Shown here: positions 38,885 to 49,449 of the stretch, piece by piece
Numbering within the stretch: position 1 is the first letter of the stretch
Layout of the letters: every line of letters begins with the position of its first letter
Assembly (NCBI GenBank): GCA_949280815.1
Contig: CASDJM010000003.1
Coordinates: 1 to 62,371, forward strand
Length of the DNA: 62,371 nucleotides
Direction of reading: 5' to 3'
DNA from: an uncultured Clostridia bacterium
GTDB taxonomy: Bacteria > Bacillota > Clostridia > TANB77 > CAG-508
Translations under genes and position numbers: made by a program
The notes under the pieces: generated by a model
Databases searched by the model: none
Told to the model about the DNA's origin: nothing
The model's input: the letters and a program-made list of their open reading frames with translations, nothing else

Positions 38885-39115
38885 AAAGTTTATTCTATTT
38901 TCTTATATTGTAGGAAAGTTCTACACAACATACTTTATCTGTAATTTCTAAAGCTCAACAGCTAAAAAATCCTAGTAGGAGAACTCTCTTTACAAAATAA
39001 ATATGGGAATTTATAGAATTTCTTTGCGGTTGCTATCGCTTAGAAATTCTTAAATTTGTTTTTATGAAGTAACAATTCGTTGAGAGTTACTTTAAAAAAT
39101 AGAATAAACTCTTTT
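38884..39115. repeat. composite MITE-like element, copy 3
   Basis: The inverted ends are AAAAGTTTATTCTATTTT / AAAATAGAATAAACTCTTTT. The interior carries the TTATCTGTA..GCTCAACAGCTAAAAAA repeat and the TTTTTATGAAGTAACAATTC module seen in copies 1 and 2. Confidence 0.55.
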
Positions 39116-39122
39116 CTTTATA

Positions 39123-40382
39123 TTAAATCCTTTCACTTATATTTCTTGCTGCTTCTCTTCCAGAATGTGCTGCCCAAGCCACCGTTGCTTTTACGCCAGC
39201 TAAGTCTCCACCAGCATATATTTTAGAATTCGAAGTTTGATAATTCTCGTTTATTTCAATATTTCCCCACTTATTTGTTCCTAATCCTAATTCTTTGACA
39301 TATGGTTCTACTTGCGAACCAAGTGCCATTACAACATTGTCTATCTTGATTGTATAATTACTATCTTCCACATTGACAGGAACTAATCTAGCATCATTTT
39401 CTTTTTGTACTAATTTTGTTTTAATTAACTCAAGTTCTTCTACTTTATCTTTCCCTATGATTCTTACAATATTATTTTGGAATAAAAACTCAATTCCTTC
39501 TTTTACGGCTTCTTCTACTTCTTTATCTTCTGCTGGCATCTGTTCTCTAGCTCTTCTATAAATAACTTTTACTTCTTTAGCACCTAATTTTTTAATTGTC
39601 CTAGCACAATCCATTGCTACATTTCCGCCACCAACTATAGCTACTGTTTTGCCTTTGTAATCCGGATGTTGATTGTATTCTAAAAGTTCATTTCCGCCAA
39701 ATACACCTTCTAAACTTTCACCTTCTACTCCCATTTTAGAAGATTGATTCGCACCAAAACTTAAAAAAATAGCATCATATTGATTTTCTAAATCTTTGAA
39801 AAAAAGATTCTTCCCTAATTGTTGATTATATTTTACTTCAATTCCTAATTGCAAAATTTTATCTACTGATTTCTGTACAATTTCTTTTGGTAATCTAAAT
39901 TCAGGGATGCCATGCACTAATAATCCACCTAAATAGTCGTATTTTTCATATATAGTTACATGTATTCCTTTTTTTGCTAAAAAAGCACTTGCCGTTAATC
40001 CAGCTGGCCCTCCTCCGATAACTGCTACTTTTTTATTGTTTTTATTCTTGTTAATTTCCTCTTTATAACAGTTTCGTAAACTTTCTTTATCTTCTATTAC
40101 CGTATCAAAGATGAAAGCTTCTAAATCTCCTATCGAAACTGCCTCTCCTTTGATACCTCTTACACAAGAACCTTGACATTGCTTTTGATGGGGACATATT
40201 CTTCCACAAATACCTGGTAAGACTGTTGTCTCCGATAATATCTCATATGCCTTTTTGTAATCACCTTGTTTGATTTGCTCTATAAATTGGGGAATATGAT
40301 TTCCCAATGGGCAACCTTTTATAGAACATGGCTTTGCTTTGCAATTTAAACAATAATTAGATTTTTCGTTTATTTCTTCCAT
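39123..40382 (-). CDS. GltD-family NAD(P)H-dependent oxidoreductase (glutamate synthase small-chain-like, homotetrameric type)
   Basis: N-terminal Fe-S cysteines (CLNCKAKPC...GCPLGNHIPQF..CPHQKQCQGSC) and two Rossmann motifs (VAVIGGGPAGL, VAIVGGGNVAMD). The start was chosen at MEEINEK; the listed ORF start at 40463 is further upstream. Confidence 0.8.
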   Translation of the reverse strand: MEEINEKSNYCLNCKAKPCSIKGCPLGNHIPQFIEQIKQGDYKKAYEILSETTVLPGICGRICPHQKQCQGSCVRGIKGEAVSIGDLEAFIFDTVIEDKESLRNCYKEEINKNKNNKKVAVIGGGPAGLTASAFLAKKGIHVTIYEKYDYLGGLLVHGIPEFRLPKEIVQKSVDKILQLGIEVKYNQQLGKNLFFKDLENQYDAIFLSFGANQSSKMGVEGESLEGVFGGNELLEYNQHPDYKGKTVAIVGGGNVAMDCARTIKKLGAKEVKVIYRRAREQMPAEDKEVEEAVKEGIEFLFQNNIVRIIGKDKVEELELIKTKLVQKENDARLVPVNVEDSNYTIKIDNVVMALGSQVEPYVKELGLGTNKWGNIEINENYQTSNSKIYAGGDLAGVKATVAWAAHSGREAARNISERI

Positions 40383-40497
40383 TTTTAATACATTCCTTCC
40401 GAAATTATATAAATTTAGTTTTTGATTTATCTGCATTTTATTATAGATATTTCTGTCTGTCAATTTATTTGACTCCTTTGTGCAATAAGTTTATATA

Positions 40498-40632
40498 AAG
40501 GTTATTTTGTTTTTTATTTGTAACTCCCAACTACATAACAGACTGTAAACCAAATTTTTTATAAAAATTTAGTAACAGTTATAATTTGTTGGTCCCCCTG
40601 AATTGTTACTTCATAAAAAATAAAATAACCTT
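40498..40632. repeat. MITE-like palindromic element, copy 2 (inverted relative to copy 1)
   Basis: The inverted ends are AAGGTTATTTTGTTTTTTAT / ATAAAAAATAAAATAACCTT. The interior matches copy 1 at TTATGAAGTAACAATTCAGGGGGACCAACAA... and ...GTTGGGAGTTACAAATAAA. Confidence 0.65.
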
Positions 40633-40653
40633 TTTTAAAAAATCATTAAATTA

Positions 40654-41200
40654 TTAACATTTATCTAATACTAATTTTAAATCATGAATAAAATCAATTT
40701 TTTTCGTTTCATCACGAAGCAAGGCAGCAGGATGCCAAGTTGGCATATAGTGAATTCCCTTCTTTTCAATCCATTTCCCTCGAGAAGCTGTTATTCCATA
40801 CTCTTTCCCTAAAATGTTTTTAAGTGCCACACTTCCGAAGTAACACAATAATATCAGGTTGTACCAAAATAACCTGATTTCTCAAATAATTCATACAAGC
40901 AAAAGCCTCATCTTCCTCTGGATTTCGGTTAGCTGGTGGTCTACATTTCACAATATTAGCAATATACACCTCTTCCCTTTTAATACCAACCGTTTGAAAA
41001 GCCATATCCATTAATTTTCCAGCTCTTCCCACAAATGGTTCACCGAGTCTATCCTCATCTGCACCTGGTCCTTCTCCGATAAACATAATCTTTGCTTTTC
41101 TATTTCCTACTCCAAAAACAATATTTTGCCTTGTTTTACACAACTTACACCTATTACAATCAACAATTGATTCTTCTAATTCTTCCCACGTTTCAAACAT
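40654..41200 (-). CDS. uracil-DNA glycosylase, family 4; +1 frame break at in-frame CGG (40837-40835)
   Basis: The protein starts [33 protein letters not shown]...GEGPGADED, then ...QPDIIVLL-(cgg)[22 protein letters not shown]...[10 protein letters not shown]. Confidence 0.85.
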
Positions 41201-41251
41201 ATGGTTACTTTGTGCCTGTCCCAAACTCGCCACTTCTCCTTTTCTCCTTTT

Positions 41252-42169
41252 CTATTTTACACATTGTTCTATTAATTTTATTTTTCTGCTTTGGTTAGTG
41301 TCTATTCTAGCTTTTGTTCCAATTGGTATAACGGTTTTGGTTTCGATGTGCCCAAAATTGTTGGATTTGATGATTGGAAATTGATATTTTTCTTCTAATA
41401 TATCTAATACAATTTGTTCTAATGTGATATTGCTTTCATGTTGATAATTGCCAATCCATAATCCTTTTATTTTTTCAAATACTCCATTTTGTTTCATATG
41501 TGCTAGAGTATGACTTGCCATAGCAGGTTCTGTTTCAAATCCCAGTTCTTCTATAAATAATATTTTATCTTGAAAATCGACTTGGTATTTGCCACTTACT
41601 AAACTATGCACCATAGTAAGATTTCCGCCTATAAGTTTTCCTTCTACTTGTCCTTCTTGGATTGTTTTATATTCTTCGTTTTCTCTTCCTAATTCTAAAC
41701 TTCCTTCTACGAACCTTTTTATTGCTTCTTGATAACTATAATCTGTTTCATCTGTTGCAATGGTTTTAAAGTTCGTTCCACTAAAAGTGACTAATCCTGT
41801 TTTTGCCTGAATTACATTAGTGATAGAAGTAATATCACTATAGCCACATATGATTTTAGGATTTTGTTTGATTACTTCATAATCTAAAAATCCAAATGTA
41901 GTATTAGAGTTGTTTCCTCCTTTGGCACACCATATCATCTTTACTTCTTTATCTCGAAACATTTCATTGATATCTTCTGCTTTTTCCTTAGCTGTACTGC
42001 TATAACCATTTGTATTAGAAAATATATGATTAGAAAATTTCACTTTAAAGCCACTTTTTTCAACTATCTGTTTGGCTTGTTCTAACTCTTCTATATTATG
42101 CCCTATAATTGGATTTGACGGTGCTACCACTCCAATCGTATCACCTAGTTTTAATCTATTAGGAATCAC
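41252..42169 (-). CDS. LD-carboxypeptidase (peptidase S66, LdcA/MccF-like)
   Basis: 305 aa with GVVAPSNP and nucleophile motif GYSDITS. Confidence 0.8.
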   Translation of the reverse strand: MIPNRLKLGDTIGVVAPSNPIIGHNIEELEQAKQIVEKSGFKVKFSNHIFSNTNGYSSTAKEKAEDINEMFRDKEVKMIWCAKGGNNSNTTFGFLDYEVIKQNPKIICGYSDITSITNVIQAKTGLVTFSGTNFKTIATDETDYSYQEAIKRFVEGSLELGRENEEYKTIQEGQVEGKLIGGNLTMVHSLVSGKYQVDFQDKILFIEELGFETEPAMASHTLAHMKQNGVFEKIKGLWIGNYQHESNITLEQIVLDILEEKYQFPIIKSNNFGHIETKTVIPIGTKARIDTNQSRKIKLIEQCVK

Positions 42170-42219
42170 TCTTACTCACTCTCCTTTTTTTGAGACAAGT
42201 GGCACAGGTCCATTTTATC

Positions 42220-43506
42220 TCATTGCTCATCATATTTAGTTTCTTCTTTTGAATATTGTTCTGGTTTTAGCCCTACACGACTACTCATATATTTTTCTGT
42301 TAGTATAAAAGCTATTGTAAAAATAACACCGATAATAATCATACAGTAAGCTGTTGTCATTTTATCTAATAAGAAGGAAGCAAATAATCCTCCTATTACT
42401 CTAATTATGCCACAAAATAGATTGTTAGCAGCAAATATTTTAGTATCTATTTCTTTATTTGTAAAATTTCTTAAATATCTATCAATAATGGTATAATACA
42501 TTCCATTTGCAAATCTGAAAATTATGTTTGTTATAATTATAATTCCTATTAATAGGATATATTCTTCTCCCTTCAATCCACAAATTCCTGCTATCATTGT
42601 ACTAATTGATAATATTATAGCAACAGTAATCAAATATTTATTTCTTAATTTCTTGTGAAATAGTTCTTGCTTTTTGGAAGCAAAGGAGCTAATATAATTT
42701 CCTAAAGCTGTTACAATTCCAATTATTACAGAAGATATGTTTAGTTGTTCTAATAGACTAACATGATAATTGCCCAAAATTGATAGCAAAGAAACAATTA
42801 GTGAAGCACACAATATTAATGCTTTTAATCTTTCTGACTTTAGAACATAAATAAATCCTTCTTTTATCTCTTTTAATTGCTCCACTCCTAACATTTTGTT
42901 AGCACTCTTTTTCTTTTTTTGAATTGGCTCAATCAATCCTATTGATAAAATAACTACGATAATTAGAATAGCTAATGAACATATGACTGGTAAATAGCCA
43001 TTTATAGTAAATAGATAACCTGCCATTACTATTGATATGGCATTAAATAAATAATACCCTGCTGCCCCTTTTGCACTTATTTTCGAATATATTTTACTTT
43101 TATATCTAGAAGGTGGTATAGATTCATTTAGTAAACTTGGCTCAGCAATATTTTTAATAGAAAATGCTATTGCTGATATGAATTCTGCAAATACTAAATC
43201 AAATAAGTTTCGACTTAACATCACAATTACCATATAAAAACAGTTTAAAATATTTCCTAAAATAATACTATTTCTTCTTCCCAAAAACTCTATAATGATA
43301 TTAGATGGAATTTGCATGATAATGCTGAAAAAGGCATAAAATGTACTTTTTAGCACGACATCTGCTGCACTAATTCCCTTTATCTGCGTTAAAAATAAAA
43401 AGTCAATGGTATAAAAGAATAGATAATCCCATGCTAACTTTTTATAAGTTGGAAAAATTCTCATATTCACTTTTCGCATTTTTTGTGTTTCTTCTTTTGT
43501 ACTCAT
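42220..43506 (-). CDS. MFS transporter
   Basis: 428 aa intact, about 12 TM segments. Paralogue of 44423-45731. Confidence 0.75.
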   Translation of the reverse strand: MSTKEETQKMRKVNMRIFPTYKKLAWDYLFFYTIDFLFLTQIKGISAADVVLKSTFYAFFSIIMQIPSNIIIEFLGRRNSIILGNILNCFYMVIVMLSRNLFDLVFAEFISAIAFSIKNIAEPSLLNESIPPSRYKSKIYSKISAKGAAGYYLFNAISIVMAGYLFTINGYLPVICSLAILIIVVILSIGLIEPIQKKKKSANKMLGVEQLKEIKEGFIYVLKSERLKALILCASLIVSLLSILGNYHVSLLEQLNISSVIIGIVTALGNYISSFASKKQELFHKKLRNKYLITVAIILSISTMIAGICGLKGEEYILLIGIIIITNIIFRFANGMYYTIIDRYLRNFTNKEIDTKIFAANNLFCGIIRVIGGLFASFLLDKMTTAYCMIIIGVIFTIAFILTEKYMSSRVGLKPEQYSKEETKYDEQ

Positions 43507-43586
43507 AATACTCCCTTTCTAAGATAAAATAGTCTTTTTGCTATTAGAACAGACCTTTTGGGTAAAAATAATCAATCTAGCCAATC

Positions 43587-44429
43587 TCATTTTAATTCAA
43601 TTAATGCGGTATTTAGTCCATATCCTTGTTTTTCCACTCGATAGGAATGTACGAAATCTGAATGGCATACACTACAAATTTTACTATCTATAATATTTTC
43701 TGGTCTTAGTCCTTCTTTTTGTAGAATAATTTGATTAATTTTTACTGTATCAATGTTCCATTTTCGATTTGGAATCGTTTCTTTTATGATTTCATCTATG
43801 GTATCAATATCTTGAAACTCTTTTTCAAAACTTTCTTTTACTTCTTTTTCCACTTCGAAATGGCATTTTCGAATGCTTGGGCAAATACAACATAGAATAT
43901 CCTTTGGATTGCAATTAAATTGCATCTTCATCTTTTTTATCGTCTCGACAGAAATTCTCTGTAAGGTCCCTCTCCAACCCGAATGTGTATTAGCGATTAC
44001 TTTTTTTACAGGATCAAAAAATAACAATAAAATACAATCTGCATTGGTTGTTGCTAATAGGATATGTTTTTGGTTTGTGATTAATCCATCTGTTTTATTA
44101 TATTGTTCTAAGTTAAAATCTGGCTCATTGAAATTGACTTTTTCCTTTACTACTTTCACTTGATTAGTATGCTCTTGATTGGTTTTCACCAAATGCTCTG
44201 GTTTGCTATCTATTGCTTGGCATAAATTTTTGTAATCTTGTAGTGCTTTTTCATAATCTTCTTCCGCTAATTTCTCCTTACTTGCTTTTGCTGTTCGATA
44301 ATTTTTGTCAATTCCTAAACTATAGGCATGATTGATAATATCTTCGTATTTTAATAATTTTCTGAATTGTAAATATTCCACACCCTCTTTTTGAATGTGT
44401 ATTACATTTTCATTTGATAAATTCACCAT
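43587..44429 (-). CDS. pgeF: peptidoglycan editing factor PgeF (YfiH / laccase-domain family)
   Basis: 280 aa with EHTNQV, TNADC, NTHSGWRGT, CICPSIRKCHFEV and VHSYR motifs. Confidence 0.8.
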   Translation of the reverse strand: MVNLSNENVIHIQKEGVEYLQFRKLLKYEDIINHAYSLGIDKNYRTAKASKEKLAEEDYEKALQDYKNLCQAIDSKPEHLVKTNQEHTNQVKVVKEKVNFNEPDFNLEQYNKTDGLITNQKHILLATTNADCILLLFFDPVKKVIANTHSGWRGTLQRISVETIKKMKMQFNCNPKDILCCICPSIRKCHFEVEKEVKESFEKEFQDIDTIDEIIKETIPNRKWNIDTVKINQIILQKEGLRPENIIDSKICSVCHSDFVHSYRVEKQGYGLNTALIELK

Positions 44430-45731
44430 TCATTCCTCCTTAACATGATTTCCTTCATTTTGTCATATTTTGTCTCTTCCTTTGAATATTCTTCTGGTTG
44501 TAAGCCAACTCTACTTTTCATAAACTTGCTTACTAGTATCATTAATATAGAAAATATAAGACCAACGATTATCATACAATAAGCTGTTTCCATTCTATCT
44601 AGCAAGAACGCTCCTAAAAAACCTGCTACCGCACCAACAATTCCCTTTAAAAAATTATTTGCTGTAAAAATTTTTGTATCAATCTCTTCATTTGTAAAAT
44701 TACTTAGGTATTTTTCTATCAAAGGGTCATACATGGCTGAAAAAATATATTTCACAACATAAAACACAACAACTACACATATAACGATTGGATATTGTTT
44801 TGTTATCACTCCTGCTATTCCTGCCAAAATGCAAGTTCCTATGATTGAGAATGCTAGAACAGAAAGTGATTTGTTTCGTAATTTGTTATGAAATTTTTCT
44901 TGTTTCTTAACAGCCATTCCTCCCATAACTCTTAGTATTGCAAATAAAATTCCTAAATAGCTAGCTGAAATTTCCAAATCTTCTAACATACTAATTTCAT
45001 AATTAGATAATATACCAAATATTCCTGTCATAACAGCTGAATATAATAAGAGACTTTTTACTCTTTCTGACTGTAGTACGAATTTAAAAGCTTCACCAAT
45101 CTCTTTTAACTGTCCTACACTTTCCACTTTCTCTTTCTTTGTTCTCCTAACTGGTTCTATAAATAATGTTGACAGGAAAGTGACAATTATTAAAGTAGCT
45201 AGTGATAAAAGAATTGGAATATAGGGATTTATTTCATATAAAATTCCCGCTATAATGGTAGAAATTGCATTAATGATATAATATCTAGACATTCCTTTTT
45301 CATTTATTTTGGCAAATATCTTACTTTTTAACTTAGTTGGTGGTATTGATTTCATTCAACAAGCTTGGCTCTGCACTTTCTTTAATAGCAAAAGAAATGG
45401 CACATATCATTTCGGCAATAATCAAATTAAATAAATGATTACTAAATATAACTACCACCATGTACATACAACTTAAAATGTTTCCTAAAATAATACTATT
45501 TTTTCTTCCTAAAAATTCTATGATAAAAGTTGCTGGTATTTGTGAAAACACAGTAAATAAATAATAAAAAGAGTCAATTATCACAACATCTGCTGGATTG
45601 ATATTTTTCACTTGTGTTAAAAATAGGAAATTTATCGTATAGAAAAAAATATAGTCCCAACTCAAGGTTTTATAGGCTGGAAATAATTTCATATTTCGTT
45701 TTCTCATTTGTACTTTGCTAGTTTCTTCCAT
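44423..45731 (-). pseudogene. MFS transporter paralogue with a frameshift in an A-run (not CGG-associated)
   Basis: The sequence ...AEPSLLNE-(aaa)-SIPPTKLKSKIF matches the intact paralogue AEPSLLNESIPPSRYKSKIY only after dropping one A at 45350-45352 (T-run on the plus strand). Confidence 0.7.
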
Positions 45732-45818
45732 TGTTACTCCTTATACTAACTCTAACCATGATTTTGGGTGATTTTGGGGACAGAGAAAAAAATCATGGTT
45801 CTTTATTTTATTAAACTT

Positions 45819-48800
45819 TTATTTAGGCATGATTTTTTCCTCCGTCCCCAAAATCATGTTTTGTTTCATCTTCTGTATCATATCATCTTTTGATTTTTTG
45901 TCAATATAATGATAATTATTATGATTTTGTTTCGTATTAAAACCACAAATTGCCTTATACTCACAATATTCGCATGGTGTCTTACCATTTTTATTATATG
46001 GTTTTAAATCGATTTTACCACTTAAGATTTCCTTTGCTATTTGTTTGATAACAAAGTCAATATAATCCTGTAAAATCTTAAATTCCTCCTTATTCACACC
46101 ATTGGTCCATTTTTCATTGACACTACCAGATGCCGTGATAGCTGCTGGTATCAATTTTGAACTACCAGATGTTAAAGTGTTGTCATTCATTTTAATAATT
46201 TTGACATCTGCTAAAATTAGACCTTTCATTCTAAAGTTTTTTCTAATTAATTCTTCAATTTCTTCCTCTGAAATCTTCTTGTCTGCTTTTATCATTTGTT
46301 CTAGCAAAGAAAAATAAAAAATTCCAGCTGGCATAACATCTTCTTCTTTGCAAATTGCATCTGAGTAAGTCAACAATTGAATTTGAAGTCCCGCATATAC
46401 TTCATTTAAATCAATATTTTTACTAGAAGATTTGTAATCAATAATTCTTAAATATTTCCCATCTTCTCCGCATAGCTGTATCAATTCGATCGATTTTACC
46501 CGTAATCTCTACTCTTTTTCCATCTTCTAACGTTAATACAATCGGTTGATAGGTTCCCTTTTTGCCAAATTCAACTTCTGTTCCTTCTATCGAAAAATCA
46601 CTATAAATTAAGGTTTGTATAATATATTTTAATGCTTTACTAACAATTCTTTTCAGTCTTTTGACAAGCACTTTGTACTTTGCCGTTGAAGTGAAAATAA
46701 AATTCTTACTTAATTGCAAGTTCTGATTAATGATATCTGAAACCATTTGCTTAATTTGATTTTCTTCTATTTCTGCTAACCCCAGTCCTTTATCTCTTAC
46801 TTGTTCAAAAAATTCATCGATTGTCTCATGCATAAAAGATCCTGTTTCAAAAGTATGTATTTTTAGACTTTCTTTTTCTTTTAATTTTAGTCCATATTGC
46901 AAGTAATAAGAAAAGGCACAACTTCTATATTTCTCTAATCTTGATACACTCGTATTTAATGTATTTCCATATAATTTCTCTATATTTTCTTTTTTTATAT
47001 CTTGTGGCAAATTGGTATATGTTAATCCTTGTAAATCATCTCGTAGTTTTGCTTGCCATTCATTTTTTTCTTTATAATATTGATAGATAGTATACCAAAT
47101 TCCAGTAATCGTTTCTTTATCTCTTAATTTTGCTATATTTTCAAGTAATGCTTCATAGGTAACTTGTTCATTGACAAGCTCATATTCTTTGCTTATCATA
47201 TCACTTTTTTCTTGTAAATTTGGATATAGTTTTTTTATCTTGTGTACTAGCATAGATGGTCTTAAGGATTTTCCTTCTTTGTCTGATGAAGGATAAGATA
47301 AATAAATGCTATTTTCAGCTGTCGTAAAGGCTTTGTAAATATTAAAATTATCTTCGTATAATCTCTCTAATGTTCCCTTCGCTAATTCGATTCCATCTTG
47401 TTCTAACTTTTCTCTATCTTCATCATCGAAAAAGCCTTCCTCTTTGTTGACACTTGGGAAACTACCATCATTTAGCCCTATCATAAATACAGTTTTCACC
47501 TTATGACTTCTTGACCTATCAATATCTCCAAATATCACTTGGTCTTGCGTTCCCGGAATTTTACCTAACTCACTATTTTTTAATCCTACTTTTAATATTT
47601 TGCTATATTTGTCGATAGTCGTTTGATCTTCTTTAAATACTAAAATCATTTCATCCAATAAATCTAATATGATTTTATAACTAGTTACATATTCCTTTGC
47701 TAAATCTAGCATAAATCTTTCTTCTAATTCATGCACTTTTTGAGCGATTTTTTCTTCCATTTTTTGTTCTTGTAAAAAATCGTATAAGCATCTTGTTGTA
47801 TTTTCTACTGTTTTATTTTGATTGATTTTCTCCTTTAATGCTAATAATGGCTCAATTATTTGTTTTCTTAATTCATTGTACCTTTCTATTTTCTGCTTTC
47901 TGTCTTCCTTTTCCATTTCATAAGTAAAGTCTTTTTTCCATTTATTTTGTTTGATGCCCCATTTATTACAATAATTTTCTAATTCAAATATTTCGTCTGG
48001 CTCTATGTCAGAAAATCCTAATTTTAGATAATGAAACACTGCTTCTGAGGTAAAATTTTTATTCAAAACCTCTAATAAAGAAAGCACATATTGTATTACA
48101 ATATTTTGATTAACATCTCTTTTTTCATCAATAAACACAGGTATTTTATATTTTGGAAAAATGCTTCTTACCAAAGAAGAATATTCATCTATATTTTTGG
48201 TAATAATGGCGATATCTTTATATCTCATTTTCTCATTTTTAATTAATTTTGCAATTTGTTTCGCTATATTTTCTATTTCTGAATAAGGATTTTGTGCTAA
48301 AAATAGCTCTATGTTTTCCACATTTTTCTCATATTTTGTTGATTTAAGATTGTTCATATTTTCACTTAAATATTGTAGTTCGTCTGTTTGAAAACGATAT
48401 TGTTTTTGTAAATGGACTGGCTTCTCTAATGTAAAGTCATTCTCATTTACCATATTCCAAATTTTAGCTATGGTAGCTTTATTGGAGTAAAAAATGTCCC
48501 TATTTGGATTCGTGTTAATGTCTAGGTCATCCGTGCAAATCGTTATATTAACTTGCTTAGCCAGTTTTACAAATTCTTGAATCACTTCATATTCTTGTTT
48601 CGTAAATCCTGCAAATTCATCAAAATAAATCATACTATTTTGCACTAAATTGGTTTCTTCAATATGCTTAGTAAGTATGGTTAAAAGGTCGGTCTCTTCT
48701 ATGTATTTTTCTTCTATCTGTTCTTGGAATTTCTCATAAATCAAGACCATATCTTGTAGTTTCGTTCTTAAATAGGTATCTTCTACTTTTTCCATCTCTT

Positions 48801-49206
48801 GCTGTAAGTCTTGAACTGTAATGCCATGCTTTTTGAATTCTGTAATAGCTGTCATACTTAAGTCAACATTTTCATCTGATTTTCCTAGAAACTTGAGTTC
48901 TTTTTTGTATTGATTTAAAATAGAATAAATTAACATCGCTTTCCCTTGTTTGGATAGATGTGTTTTACTACCTCCTCCAACTTCCCCTAAAACTCTATAT
49001 GCCATTCTACTTAGCGTTACAACTTCAGCATTCAGGATGGCATGCGATGTAACAGTTTCCATTAGCTTCGTTTCAGCTGTAAATGAAAACTGTTCTGGTG
49101 TAATCATATATATTTTTGTTTCTTTTTCTATTTGATTAGCAATTTCCTGAAAGCAGTATTCACTTTTTCCACTTCCTGGCTTTCCGTATATGATTCTTAG
49201 TCCCAT
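45819..49206 (-). CDS. addB: helicase-exonuclease AddAB subunit AddB; +1 frame break at in-frame CGG (46470-46468)
   Basis: It has Walker A GKPGSGKS at the N-terminus, then ...GKIDRIDTAM-(cgg)-GEDGKYLRIIDYKSS..., and a C-terminal Fe-S cysteine cluster (CEYCEYKAIC). Confidence 0.85.
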
Positions 49207-49265
49207 TGTTTTCTCCCTTTTTTCAACTACATTCTATACGAATTTTACAAAAATAGCAAGTAGCA

Positions 49266-49430
49266 ATGCTGTCAACTTAAGGTGTAATCTATTATTTTTG
49301 CAACACCGCATAAGCGACTAAACGAACACATTCGCGAGTGCGATTGGAGCAACCTACTATCCTTAAAATTAGAAGGTTGCGACACACAAGGTGTAAAAAA
49401 ATAATAGATTACACCTTAAGTTGACAGCAT
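49266..49430. repeat. 165-bp element bounded by perfect 34-bp inverted repeats
   Basis: ATGCTGTCAACTTAAGGTGTAATCTATTATTTTT at 49266-49299 is the exact reverse complement of 49397-49430. The ~97-bp core is comparatively GC-rich and has an inner GCAACC/GGTTGC hairpin. Confidence 0.8.
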
Positions 49431-49449
49431 GAGATAGTAAGACGTTTCT

